From: Octopus vulgaris
Lineage: Eukaryota
Assembly (NCBI GenBank): GCA_951406725.2
Contig: OX597841.1
Span: forward strand, 17,918,001-17,982,000
Direction: 5' to 3'
DNA: 64,000 bases
The notes beneath the pieces are model-generated. The model had not been told where the DNA came from. It did no database searches and was given only the letters and a program-made list of their open reading frames with translations. The position numbers and the translations under genes were made by a program. Of the stretch, positions 40,710-53,203 are shown piece after piece. Every line of letters starts with the position of its first letter. The first letter of the stretch is position 1.

Positions 40710-42116
40710 TGTATACACACACACACACACATCACACATCTTTTTTCTTTTACTTGTGTCAGCCATTAGACTGTGGCCATGCTGGGGCACCACCTTGAAG
40801 AATTTTTAGTCGAATGAATCGACCCCGATATTTATTTCTTTAAAGCCTGGTACTCATTCAATCGGATCTTTTGCTGAACCGCCAAGTTATGGGGACTTGC
40901 ATATGTATACCCTCTTTTCTGGTTATTTACGAGTTGCATTCCATAAGTTTTGAGATTTTTGTTTCAGGAGAGACAGTTATAACTGTGTTAGATTATTTCT
41001 TTCTTCACTTTTGCATATCATTACTCTACGTGTTAGACATGGAAATAAGCCAAGTTTTCTTATTCCCGATTGAACATTGCTGTAAGAGTGCTTTGAAGAT
41101 TCCCTGCTAAACGCTGCTTGTTACGGTTGATTAGTTTGCAGAATGCAGTCGGGCAGTGAAGACACTTTTCAAGCTTCACTTGCAGAAACCTATGGAATGC
41201 TCCAGACTGACCATGGATTAATTTCTATGATCGGAGCATGTTTGCCATTGGCACAAGAGGCCAGGCAACCGGCAACTCATGATGATCCCTCCTCCTTTTC
41301 GACAGCAAAGGCAAGGAGGCGCAATGGCCCAGTGGTTAGGGCAGCGGACTCGCGGTCGGAGGATCGCGGTTTCGATTCCCAGACCGAGCGTTGTGTGTGT
41401 TTATTGAGCGAAAACCCCTAAAGCTCCACCAGGCTATAGCAGGGGGTGGTGGCGGCCCCTGTTGTACTCTTTCACCCCAACTTTCTCTCACTCTTTCTTC
41501 CTGTTTCTTGTCCCCGACTTCCTACGCAACCGCTGAGCCTGGATGCACATTCATCCATCGGTGTCGGGGGTTGACCTGCTGTCTCTTCTGCGGGTCTTAC
41601 GAATAGCAAAGGACCACGTTTCGGACTTCTCCCACTCTGGAACGAAGACCGCTTCGCTCAACAAACAAAACAAACAAACAAACAAACAGCAATGGCTAAG
41701 TCGACCTTGGCGACTTTGAACTCAGAACATAAAGACGGGGGTGGCCAAAAGTCACTAAGCATTTTCTCGGCCTGCTATCGATTCTGTCCGCTGGCCGCCT
41801 TCTGTTAAACTAACATTGGTTTCAAATTCTGACACAAGGCCAGCAAGTTCGGGGGAGGGGGAAAATCGACAACATTGACCCCCCAGAGCTTGACTGGGAC
41901 TTACTTTATCGACCATGAAAGGATGAAAGTCGACCTCAGTGGAATTTGAACTCAGAACTTAATACGACTACGCATTTCGCCCGGCGTGCTAACCACTCTG
42001 CCAGCTACAGCTAAACATTTAGTCCGGCATGTTAATAATGCTTTCAGCTGGCCATCTTCATTGACAATTACTCCGATGAATAATCTAAATTGATGCTTAT
42101 CTCGTTTCAGCCAAAC

Positions 42117-42263
42117 ATGTATTTGCGTTTGTGTGTCCTGCTTTTGGCCGTGTCGCCCCTCATATCTGCTGACCTCCTCGACTCCGAACACTTGCGCCAA
42201 TTCGTCCTTCAATTCCATAATGATCTCAGGGCAAAAGAAGGAGCCTCGGATATGATCAAACTG
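42117..42263 (+). CDS. CAP-ShKT (CRISP-like) secreted protein, coding exon 1: signal peptide plus HNDLR motif
   Basis: MYLRLCVLLLAVSPLISADLLDSEHLRQFVLQFHNDLRAKEGASDMIKL, 147 nt, phase-0 donor GTAGGA. An acceptor TTTCAG at 42105-42110 implies an upstream UTR exon. Confidence 0.9.
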
Positions 42264-43004
42264 GTAGGATCTCCGTTGTTCTTATTATTTATGTTGTTGT
42301 TGTTGTCGTTATGGCTCTGGTTTTTGGCATAGTGGTGGAGGGGCTGGTGGTCAGATTCTTATTTTGGTGGTGGCGGAGGGTGGTGGTTGTTGTTGATGTT
42401 TAACCCCAGGTCAACTCCAACACTGTTTTAGCATCTTTATAGGGCCCCGGGTAAATCAAAGCACTGGGGCCTCTAGTATTTATTCGCAAATAGCAAGCCA
42501 CAACATACATAAATCAGAATCAGGGGCCCCTAAATCCGTGAGGCCCCTAGGCAGCTGCCCAGTCTGAAGGCGGCGCTGGTAATCCCTGACTATACAGACC
42601 TATGATCAAAGGCATTTCGGTCGTGACCATCCAATCTTTTTATGGATGTCTTTTTTTACACGTATCAGTTATTTGATTGCGACCATGCTGGAGCACCGTC
42701 TTTAAGAGTTTTAGTCGAACATATCGAATCATTACTCTTTTTTAAAAGCCTGGTACTCATTCTAACAGTCTCTTTTGCTGAACCCTTAAGTTAATGGGGA
42801 CGTAGACAAACTAACACCGGTTGTCAAAACGGAAGGGTGGGAAGAAACACACACACACGACGGGCTTCTTTTAGTTTCCATTTGACAAATCCACTCACAA
42901 GGCTTTGGTTGGTCTGAGTCTATAGTAGAAGACACTTGCCCAAGGTGCCACGCAGTGGGACTGAACCTGGAACCATGCGGTTGGGAAAATGATATTATCT
43001 AGCG

Positions 43005-43246
43005 CAGTAGTTCCCAACCTATTTTCCTGCTGACCCCTCTACAACTTTCCAGAACAATGTATCCCCCCCCCCCATCAGTGGTTGGTGTAGAATGTTTGCT
43101 GTGGTGGTAAGAAGCTTGTTTCCCAACCAAATGGTTCCGGATTCTGAACCACTGCGTGGAACCTTGGGTAAGTGTCTTCTACGATAGCCTCGGGTCGACC
43201 AAAGCCTTGTAAGTGGATTTGGTAGACGGAAACTGAAAGGAGCTCG

Positions 43247-43284
<38 letters not shown>

Positions 43285-43577
43285 CTCTGTGCCTGTGTTT
43301 ATCCCTCCATCACCACTTGACAACAGTTGTTGGTGCGTTTGCGTCCTCGTAACTTAGCAGTTCGGCAAAAGAAACCGATACAATAACTACTTAGCTGAAA
43401 GAATAAATCCTAGGGCTGGTTTGTTTGACTAAAAACCCGTCAAAGCGGTGCTCCAGCATGACCACAGTCAAATGATTGAAATAAAAAAAAGAATTAAAAA
43501 ATTTAGATCCCCCACTCCACCACAATTTTCCTTGGCATCACCAGCTCTGTATGTGTGCCCCACGCTGGGAATCACTA
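43005..43577. mobile_element. hAT/Charlie-type MITE with nested SINE
   Basis: TIRs CAGTAGTTCCCAAC and GCTGGGAATCACTA; imperfect 8-bp TSD ATCTAGCG/ATTTAGTG. Confidence 0.6.
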
Positions 43578-44041
43578 ATTTAGTGTATCTTTGCTTTGAT
43601 TTGAGAGACATTTGGTAACTATTTCCAGCAGCTTAGAGACCACATAGATGCAGAATTGAAAAATGTATTAAATTACACTCACTTTTATGTACAGACTTCC
43701 ACATGTCTCACGTCTCGCTTATTTCCTGGAAGACAACCAACACCTTCATATTTTACTGGCCTCCTCTGAAAGGACAATACATCTTCCTCCATCCACTGCT
43801 GAGAGCTTCGAAAACCACAAACACCTGCAATATTTCTCTGCTCTCTGTAAAAAGGAAAAGGCATTTTCCCTCTTCCTTCATACTATAAGACCAACAGCCA
43901 CAACTTGGTCGCTTTTGTTACATTCTGTGGAATGACAGGATTTGAAACCTGAAACTTTTCACTCTTCAATGTCAATAGAAATTATCAACGTTCTACCTAC
44001 CTAACTACTACTTGTCCGTATAGCCATCCAAACCCACCCAC

Positions 44042-44503
<462 letters not shown>

Positions 44504-44515
44504 GTATATCTACAG

Positions 44516-44731
44516 GCTTGGAGCAAACAACTAGCAACAGAAGCCGATAAATGGGCCCATAAGTGTGTGTTTGATCATCAAAGGAAGGGCCGAGGTGAGA
44601 ACCTTGCCTTTGACAGTAACGCAGGCACTATCAAGGACCTCATCCGGTCTGAAATGCAAGGTTGGTTCGATGAAAAGAGAGATTTCTACCGAAGCGCTTC
44701 ATCGTGTGGCAGCAGTTGTCACTATACTCAG
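44516..44731 (+). CDS. CAP-ShKT gene, coding exon 2
   Basis: tacag|GCT...CAG|gtaaat, 216 nt. AWSKQLATEADKWAHKCVFDHQRKGRGENLAF...GWFDEKRDF...CGSSCHYTQ contains the GENL and HYTQ CAP motifs. Confidence 0.93.
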
Positions 44732-45112
44732 GTAAATGTTGTACTTCTTTTTTAATTTTGACTCAAGGCCAGTAATTTTGAGGGTTGGCAGCAAGTTGGG
44801 GACACCGACCTCAGTATTTGACTCATTTATTTTATCGACCCTTAAAAGATGAAAAGCAAAGTGTTTTGTTCGATGCGCAAATGCATCTCACCCCTTTGAT
44901 AAAAATAATTCTTTATTCTATAGGCTTAAAATGTTGTGTGTGTGTGTGTGTAGGGGGCGTACTAGTCGATTACATCAATCCCAGTGCTGGACCTCGAAAG
45001 GATGAAAAGCAAAACTGACATCGGCGGCGAAATTTGAATTCAGGACGTAAAGACGGTCAAAACGCCGCTTAGCAGTTTGTCCGGCATGCTAACGATTTCG
45101 TCTGCTCTCCGC

Positions 45113-45147
<35 letters not shown>

Positions 45148-45153
<6 letters not shown>

Positions 45154-46150
45154 GAGCACTCAACGCAAACCTCCGCCAAGGCCGCACCAACGTCCTCTCA
45201 ACGATTTGCCGGAGAATACTAAAAATGAACCCGACCGCTCTCGAAAATTAAGTAAAAAGAGAACGGAAAAATAATCCAGAATCCTTGTCCGGTACCTGAT
45301 CGATCCCAGTGGTAGTCATGGAATGTGAAGGTGGGTGGGTAGACCGTGTTTGTAATGCTGTGTGTGTGTATCGTCTGCAATGGGAACAGGGGACAGTTTT
45401 CTCTATGAAGGCCTTATTTAGTCTATCCACCGATATAGTTTCTTTACGACCATTAAGGTCTACAGTGAAAAATTTATCCGTGCCTGAAAGAAAACGGAAA
45501 GGACCTGCATTTGGTGCTGTTAACGGAGGTTCAAGAACATCGTTGCGCACAAAAACGTGAGTCCAAGGAGTAAAGCTTCCTTCATGGCAGAACTAGAAAT
45601 GCAATTGTCAATTAGGTAAGAGGTTTTAAACAGGAGCGATATATTCAAAATTGGTAAAACTAAAGATTGCCGAGGATAAATTAAATTTATTATTGTTACT
45701 GGATATGCTAATGTTATTTAATTTCTGAAGGGGTTTGATGCCATTTCTTTATGTAGTTTGATTTCTTTATCCATCAGTTTCGGCTAAGATAGAGACGCGA
45801 GTAAAATTAATAATAAGAGAAACGAAAATAAAACTTTGGGAACAGCAACGCCGCCATAACTTACGTGGAAACCATGAGCGAGCTTTCAAGGGAGTTAATA
45901 AGAGAAAGACTTGAAAGTCAACGTAAGATCGTAATACTTCATGTAAAGTAAATGTAATAAATAATCCAGAATCCTTGTCCGGTACCGGATCGATCCCAAA
46001 ATCTAATCAGTTCGTGCCAGTTAGGAGGCCAAACATCCCAGAACGTTTCATCCGAATTCATCCAGCGGTTCTTGAGATATCTTGTCCATGCACAAACAAA
46101 CAAACATGACTGAAAACTATGCCTCTGCCTTCGCTAAGGCGGAGGTAATA
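45148..46150. mobile_element. Helentron-like non-autonomous element (copy 2 at 46440-47037)
   Basis: Subterminal inverted repeat ACCTCCGCCAAG with a 3' palindrome CCTCTGCCTTCGCTAAGGCGGAGG and internal GGATCGATCC repeats, inserted in (AAT)n. Confidence 0.6.
45340..45580 (-). mobile_element. Gypsy integrase C-terminal fragment
   Basis: VFVRNDVLEPPLTAPNAGPFRFLSGTDKFFTVDLNGRKETISVDRLNKAF, a GPY/F-type motif. Confidence 0.75.
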
Positions 46151-46362
46151 ATAATACAAATAATCCTTTCTACTATAGGCACAAGCCCTGGAATTTGGGG
46201 GAGGGGGTCAGTCGATAAGACCGACCCCAGTACGCAACTGGTGCTTAATTTATCGATCCCGAAAGGATGAAAGGCAAAGCCGACCTAGGCGAAATACCTG
46301 TAAGCATTTCGCCCGGCAGGCTAACGATTCTGCCAGCTCATCGCCTTAATAATAATAATAAT

Positions 46363-46427
<65 letters not shown>

Positions 46428-49228
46428 TGATGATAACAGCAACAAGAGCACTCAGAAAGCGCAAACCTCCGCCAAAGCAACACCAACGCCCTCTCAACGA
46501 TTAGCCGGAGAAGATTTTTTAAATGAGAATATCTGAAATAAATTCGACTGCTCTCAAAAGCCAGAAAACTAAAAATGAACCCGACCGCTCTCAAAAATTG
46601 AGTGAAAACACCGGAAAAATAATCCAGAATCCTTGTTTGGTACCTGATCGATCCCAGTGGTAGCCATGGGATGTGAAGGTGGTTGTAGAAAATTTAGTAA
46701 CAGTAATAAATAGTTTATCCTTATCTAATACAAGCCAAACTTAACAAATTCACTATTCAAAATAGTTACAGCCTAATGGGAATTAATTGAGAAAGACTTG
46801 GAAGTTAACGTAAGATCGTAATCATGCAGAGTAAAGTAAATATAACAAATAATCCAGAATCCTCGTCCGGTACCGGATCGATCCCAAAATTTAATCAGTT
46901 CGTGCCAATCACGAGGCCAAACTTCCCTGAAAGTTTCATCCTAATCTATCCAGCGGTTCCTGAGACACCTTGTCCCCGGACAAACGAACAAACACGACTG
47001 AGAACAATACCTCTGCCTTTGCTAAGGCGAAGGTAATAATAATGATGATGATGATGATGATGACGATTTCAAATTTTGCTACAAAGGCAGTAATTTTAGG
47101 GAGAGGGAATGAGTCGATTACATCGAAGTCAATGTTCAACTGGTACTTATTCTATCGCGCCCGAAAGGATAAATGGCAAAGTCGACGTTGGTGGAATTTG
47201 AACTCAGGACGTAAAGTCGGAAGAAATGGCGCATTTTACCCAGCATGCTAATGATTCTGCCACCTCGCCGCCTTTAGTTAGACTAATATTAAAAACTGAA
47301 CTCCGCGCTAGAAATAAATGATATAACTACGCTAGCCTTACCAGCCATAAACTGCAGTTTGAATATCATAAACTGGAACCAAGTAAATTGAAAAGAAACA
47401 TTGGAGAAACCAGAGAATTACTAACAGCATACTGAAGTCACCATCCCAAAACAGACATTGACATAATACAGCCGAAGGAGGGCGTGGCCTGACACGAATA
47501 GAAAACTTCTGCAGATAACAACAGCTGAACTGGACAAATATTTAGAAAGAAAGAATGACAGATTTATGAATGTAATAAAGAAATGTGAAACACAGACAGA
47601 AGAAAGTCTTTTCTACTCACGAAGAAGCGATAAAATACAAAGCAGAAATCGATTACATTGAAACAATAAATTTAAATAACAACACAATAGAAATGGTAAA
47701 ACATACAAAAAAAAACAACAGAAATAAATCTACAAAACATACTTAAAGAGAAATGGAACGAAAAACCACTCCATGGTCAACACGTTGCAAGGCTTGGCAC
47801 TTTTAGTGGGGGAAGTCGATTACATCAACTCCCAGTATTTGACTGACATTTTATCGATCTGGTCGGGATGGAAGGCAAATATGATCTGGATGAGATTTGA
47901 CTAAGAAGAAATATCGCTTAGCATTTATTGCGATGCTCTACCGATTCTATTCAAATTTTCCTTGTCTTGGTTCTCTGCTGACTGAATCGGTTGTGCCTGC
48001 ACCAAGGTCAACTGTTTGTCAATGATTGTTGCAAGAACTACCGCTGTCCGTGAGAAATAGCAGGACAATGTTTGTATACACAGTATTGGATGGTCGTTGA
48101 CTGTAATAAGTTTGTCCGTCCTTTGACAAGTTTTAACTATCGCAGAGAGCCCAAGCACTCTCCTCATTAAGCAAGAGATCAATAATTTCTTACGTTTATC
48201 AATTAATTTGGACTTACACTTTCAGATTTCTAATGCCTCTATGCAACAAAAATTACAACTACCTCAACCCATTTATAAAGAAGTGCAGTACATATAACGG
48301 ACAATGAATAATATTAATTAATGTCCTATCCATAAGTTAATGAGGTGTTAAGTAGTTTTCGTTTTTTATTGAAAGACTACATGTGATTATTTCATCGGGA
48401 ATTGAATTCTGACCTATATAGTAGTATATTTTATCAGGTCTTTGTGCAGAACATTATACATTAAATAATACATTTCTGAACTTCGCTGGATAATAAACGT
48501 AGTAATATGCGTAACTGTAGGAATCATTATAAGTGTTGTTCGGGCAAGCAGTGCCTTTGGGGAAATTTAGTGTGTGTTTATGTATGTGAGTTTGTGTCTG
48601 TTTGTGTTTGCATGTGTACGTATGTGCATGAGTGTATTTGTGTGCACGCCAGTATGTGTGTATGTGTGCATGTATGTGTATGAGAATATGTGCGTGTATG
48701 TGTGCATGCGTACGTATGCATGTATATGTATGCATGTGTGTATGTGTGCATGTTTGTATGTGAGCGTATGCAAGTATTTATATATGTGCAAATACGTATA
48801 TGTATCAGTGTGTATATGTGTGTAAGTGCGCGTGTGTCTGTGTATGTGTGTATGCATGTATGTGCATTTGTGTATGCATATGTACATGTGTATGTGTGTG
48901 TGTGTGTGTGCACGCACATGTCTATGCGTCTTCATGTTTGTGTTCAATTCTATACTGGCCTAAAAAAACACTGCTATTTTTGTTTGCATGACTTACTGAT
49001 TCGACAAACAGAGATTGATAACATAAGATACCAGACAGATATTGGTACTGAGTTCGATGTGACTGATTTAAACCATTGAAATTCACGGCCATGCCACGAC
49101 ATAGCACAGAACGGTTGCAGTCCAAAAGCTGGACTCAATACAAGAGCGAAAGTATAGAAGAAAGACCTCTCCTCACTCACTAACATCCACCACTATGAAT
49201 GATATCTTTTCCTTTTCTACATCCACAG

Positions 49229-49344
49229 ATGGTGTGGGCCAACACAACACACGTCGGCTGTTCAGCTATTAATTGTCCCAGTTTACAGGCTTTTGGCCGT
49301 TCAGTGAGCAATGCTAAATATTTGGTCTGCTTCTACTATCCCAG
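49229..49344 (+). CDS. CAP-ShKT gene, coding exon 3
   Basis: ccacag|ATG...CCCAG|gttggt, 116 nt, phase 0 to 2. MVWANTTHVGCSAINCPSLQAFGRSVSNAKYLVCFYYP completes HYTQMVW and LVCxYxPxGN. Confidence 0.93.
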
Positions 49345-50148
49345 GTTGGTACCGACATTTACTCTTACATCTGGACTCAGGATGTTGCTCTCAAAATTTC
49401 TTTCTTTCTTTCTGTCTTTCCTTCTTTTTCATTCTTTCTGTCTTTCCTTCTTTCCTTCTTTTTCATTCTTTCTGTCTTTCCTTCTTTCCTTCCTTCATTC
49501 ATTCTTTGTTTCTTTCTTTCGTTCTTTCCTTCTCTATTTCTTTCTTTCTTTCTTTTTCTTTTTTCTTTTTTTCTTTCTTGCGTTCGTTCGTTCTTTCTTC
49601 CTTCCTTTCATTCTTTTTCTTTCTTTCTTTCTTTCGTTCGTTCTTTCTTTCTTTTTTCTTTCTTGCGTTCGTTCGTTCTTTCTTCCTTTCATTCTTTTGC
49701 TTTCTTTCTGTGTCTGTTTCCGTCTGTCCATCTGTCTGTTTGGCTGGTTGACGACCTGTGTATGTGCGTGTGCCTGTCTATGTGTATGTGTGTACGTACA
49801 TATGTGTTAGTATGTGTGTGTATGCATGTGTATGAGTGTGCGCGCGCGCATGCGCACATGTCCATCTGTCTCCATATCACACACACACACACCCCTTCAT
49901 TCACCTGTTTACTTGTCTATCCAGCTGTTTGTCTATCCGCCCGTCAGTTTGCCTCTCCATCCACTTGTCTGCCTGTCTGTCTGTCTATCTGTCTGTCTGT
50001 CTCACTGTCCGTCCGTCTGTCCATTCATCTATCTGATAGCTTTTCCGCCCACCCGCCTGTCCGTGCGTCTGTCCATCCGTCCGCCTTGTTTGTCCGTTCG
50101 TTTGTCCATCTATTTGTATATATACGAACATTTTTGAATATATATATA

Positions 50149-50667
50149 CCGTAAATCCTCGAGTATAGTCCGCCCTTGAGTATTATACGCAGGGGATTTT
50201 TATGGGGTGGGGGACTGTACCTTTGAAAAACTTAAACCTTGTGTATAATACGCATCCCTTCTCTAACTTGAGTCAAGGAGGTCTATATAACGTCCTTGGT
50301 TTGTAAAAGTGTATATGGTAACGTCCTTTATTATTATTGTATATATAACATAATGCAAACGTGTAGCTTTTTTGTGCATTTTGTTTGCAGAAAATAAAGA
50401 AATAACAGTAATAACGTGTAATAAATGTTGCTTATTGCAAGTTATGGATGATTCTTTTATGACTTCATTGCCCTCAGGCTTAGCTTAAGGGATTTTCGTA
50501 CCCGGCATCACAAAATGCGTCTGAATAAACATTGCCAGACAGCAAATAGAGACTCGGACATTGCTTAGAAAATATTTTTCATTTTTAACCTCGTATATAG
50601 TACGCACTAGGAATTTTGACCCTTAAATTTTGGGGGAAAAATGCGGATTATACTCGAGGATTTACGG
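50149..50667. mobile_element. TA-flanked MITE (Tc1/mariner/pogo superfamily)
   Basis: TA|CCGTAAATCCTCGAGTATA.TCCGC...GCGGATTATACTCGAGGATTTACGG|TA. Confidence 0.85.
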
Positions 50668-50741
50668 TACTCATACATAAGCACTGACAACAGCAGCCAC
50701 TCAAAGAAAACCACATCTAACTCTGTCTCTGTAATTTTTAG

Positions 50742-50833
50742 AGGAAACTTTGGCAATAATATATACACACCTGGCAGAGCCTGCTCCAAATGTCCGGCGA
50801 ACTTTGGTAGATGTTCCAAGGGATTATGTAACG
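50742..50833 (+). CDS. CAP-ShKT gene, coding exon 4 (Cys hinge)
   Basis: ttttag|A...AACG|gtaaga, 92 nt, phase 2 to 1. (R)GNFGNNIYTPGRACSKCPANFGRCSKGLCN. Confidence 0.93.
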
Positions 50834-50869
50834 GTAAGATACATTTTATAGCTTTTCTTTTATTCTTTT

Positions 50870-51043
50870 ATTTGTTTTAGCCATTTGACTGCGACCATGC
50901 TGGAGCACCACCTTCAGTCGAGCAAATCGACCCCAGGACTTACTCTTTGGAAGCTTAGTACTTATTCTATTGGTCTCCGCTAAGTTACGGGGATGTAATC
51001 ACACAAGCATCGGTCGTTAAGCGATGTTGGGGGGACAAATACA

Positions 51044-51101
<58 letters not shown>

Positions 51102-51265
51102 AATATATATACGACGGGCTTCTTTCAGCTTCCATCAACCAAATCCATTCACAAGGCTTTGGTCAGCCCGAGGCTTTTGTAGAAAACACTTGCCCAAGGT
51201 GCCACGCAATGGGACTGAACCCAGAACCATGTGGTTGGTAAGTAAGCTATTTACCACACAGCCAC
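50870..51265 (-). mobile_element. SINE family A
   Basis: Reverse complement of the family A sequence. Confidence 0.8.
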
Positions 51266-51639
51266 AATATAAGTATGTATGTATGTATGTATGTATGTCA
51301 TTATTCAGTTTTATTTCAAGATTTTTTTGCCAAATGGGAAAGAACCTGTTTCTAACCCAGATCAAAGGCTCTTCATTGGAATTTCAACAACCTCAATAGG
51401 GTATTTGTGTATATATGTGTGTATATGTATGGTATTTGGAGTCAGTGCATGTGGAGGTTTATGCTTTGTTTTTATGTATGTATGCATGTATGTATGTATG
51501 TATGTATTTATGTATGTAAACATTGTTGTGTAGGTATTGTTGTTGTTGTTGGTTACACTGGTAGCTGGTTGAGTTAATGAATGAAAATATGTTTCTTGTT
51601 CTACTTGTAGAATTAATCAATGTTCAGTGTTCAATGATC

Positions 51640-52065
51640 ATTGAACATCACCTCCGATGGTCAGGTCACGTCCGTGACCTGTCTCTACGGTGAACTGTCT
51701 GAAGGAAAACGTCCTCGTGGAGCGCCCTTGAGGCGGTACAAGGACCAACTCAAATCAACCCTGAAAAAGCACCAATATCGAGCCCGCACACAGAGAAGAT
51801 ATCTCGGCAAACAGACCCCTCTGGAGACACACCATCAAAACGGGTTCTGCGGACTTCGAGAAAGCCCGAGTCGCGAGAGCTGAACTCAAGAGACAGGAGA
51901 GAAAGCAGTGCCTTCTCCTTTCCAAACCAGCCCCTTTTATCCCTTGTCCACAATGTCCCCGTATGTTTCATGCAACCCTTGGATTGCGAAGCCATCTGCG
52001 GTTCAAACACCCAGAAAAATGAACTGGATTGCAAGCTCGGAAACACGAGACGCAGCCAACAACAA
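51640..52065 (+). mobile_element. RTE-type LINE 3' end fragment
   Basis: LYGELSEGKRPRGAPLRRYKDQLKSTLK and a terminal C2H2 finger CPQCPRMFHATLGLRSHLR, then a short CAA tail. Confidence 0.75.
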
Positions 52066-52379
52066 GAATTAATCGAACAACACCCGCAAATGTTTAACAG
52101 AAGACATTATTGTGCATAAAGACAAATTGCTTTGGCTTTTATAGATAACGAAAGCAATAATAGATTTCAAATTTTAGCACATGGCCAGCAATTCCGAAGA
52201 TGGGCGTAAGTCAATTTAATCAACTCTTGTGATCATCTGGTACTTATTTCATCGACCCCAAAAGGCTGAAAGGTAAATTCGATCTCGGCGGAATTTGATC
52301 TCAGGACGTGAAGATGAACGAAATACCGCTAAACATTTTCCCCGGCGTGCTAACGATTCTGTCAGGTCACCACCTTAAA

Positions 52380-52760
52380 TCGTAAGGATATAGCCAAGAG
52401 ATGTACATTGTTTTGTAGACCTTGAAAGACATATGATCCGATGCTGTGTAGGGTTTTACAGGAGTCTGGGATTAATGGAAAACTTCTGGTTGCCGTGAAA
52501 TCCCTATATCAATGCACAGATGTTTGTGTTCGGATAAATGGCGCAAAGCAGAAACCTTCCAATGTGGCGTTGGACATCGGCAGGGGTGCCTTTTATCACC
52601 ACCATTTTCAAAATTTTATGAACTGGATTGACGTGCGCGGCTGTTTTGGAAGTGATATCACAAGTGTAGGATTGGTCGGCTGGTATTCCTAGACGATATG
52701 CTGCCACTTGGCTCATCAGAAGGTGATCTCCAGCATGCCCTGAGTGGGTTCGATGACTAG
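52380..52760 (+). mobile_element. Degenerate RTE-type RT fragment
   Basis: FVDL...YD, VLQESGINGKLLVAVKSLY..VRING and RQGCLLSP motifs across frameshifts. Confidence 0.65.
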
Positions 52761-53173
52761 TGCCGCTAGATACTTTACCTTCTACCTTTTACTGTTTTCA
52801 GTCGTTGGATAGTAGCCATGCTGGAGCAACACCTTGAAGGGTTTTTCGTCGAACAAATTGTTGCCAGCATAAATTTTTTAAAAGTCACGTTCTTATTCCA
52901 TCTGTTCTCTTTTGTCTAACTGATAAGTTCCCAGAACATAAGCAAACCAGCACCGGTTTCAAGCATGGGGAAACAAACACACACGCATGCGCATCAACAT
53001 GGGTGAACTTATCAAGTGGGCTGCTATTGTTTTATTGACACTTGCAGTCCAGTCTTCAGGTTATACTTATCTGCACGTGGTACAAAATGAAGGAAACGCG
53101 TGTGCGCATGTGCGTAAAAGTGAATTTATAATTTATGCTAGAAATTATATGAAACTCTTCTATCTTTTCCCAG

Positions 53174-53203
53174 GAGGACATTCAGGTGACGTAGCAGCCA
53201 TGG
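53174..53203 (+). CDS. CAP-ShKT gene, 30-nt linker microexon (coding exon 5)
   Basis: tcttttcccag|GAGGACATTCAGGTGACGTAGCAGCCATGG|gtaagt. Strong splice sites, phase 1-1, frame-preserving; encodes GGHSGDVAAM. Confidence 0.7.

Noticed and set aside
41316-41390. tRNA-Arg-like sequence as a true tRNA gene
   Set aside because: The acceptor stem is not closed and the sequence continues into a SINE body present in multiple copies.
49345-49810. Hydrophobic Phe/Ser/Leu extension of the exon 3 ORF as a membrane anchor
   Set aside because: It is read-through into a (CTTT)n-rich intron; the donor at 49345 links in frame to the conserved GN exon.
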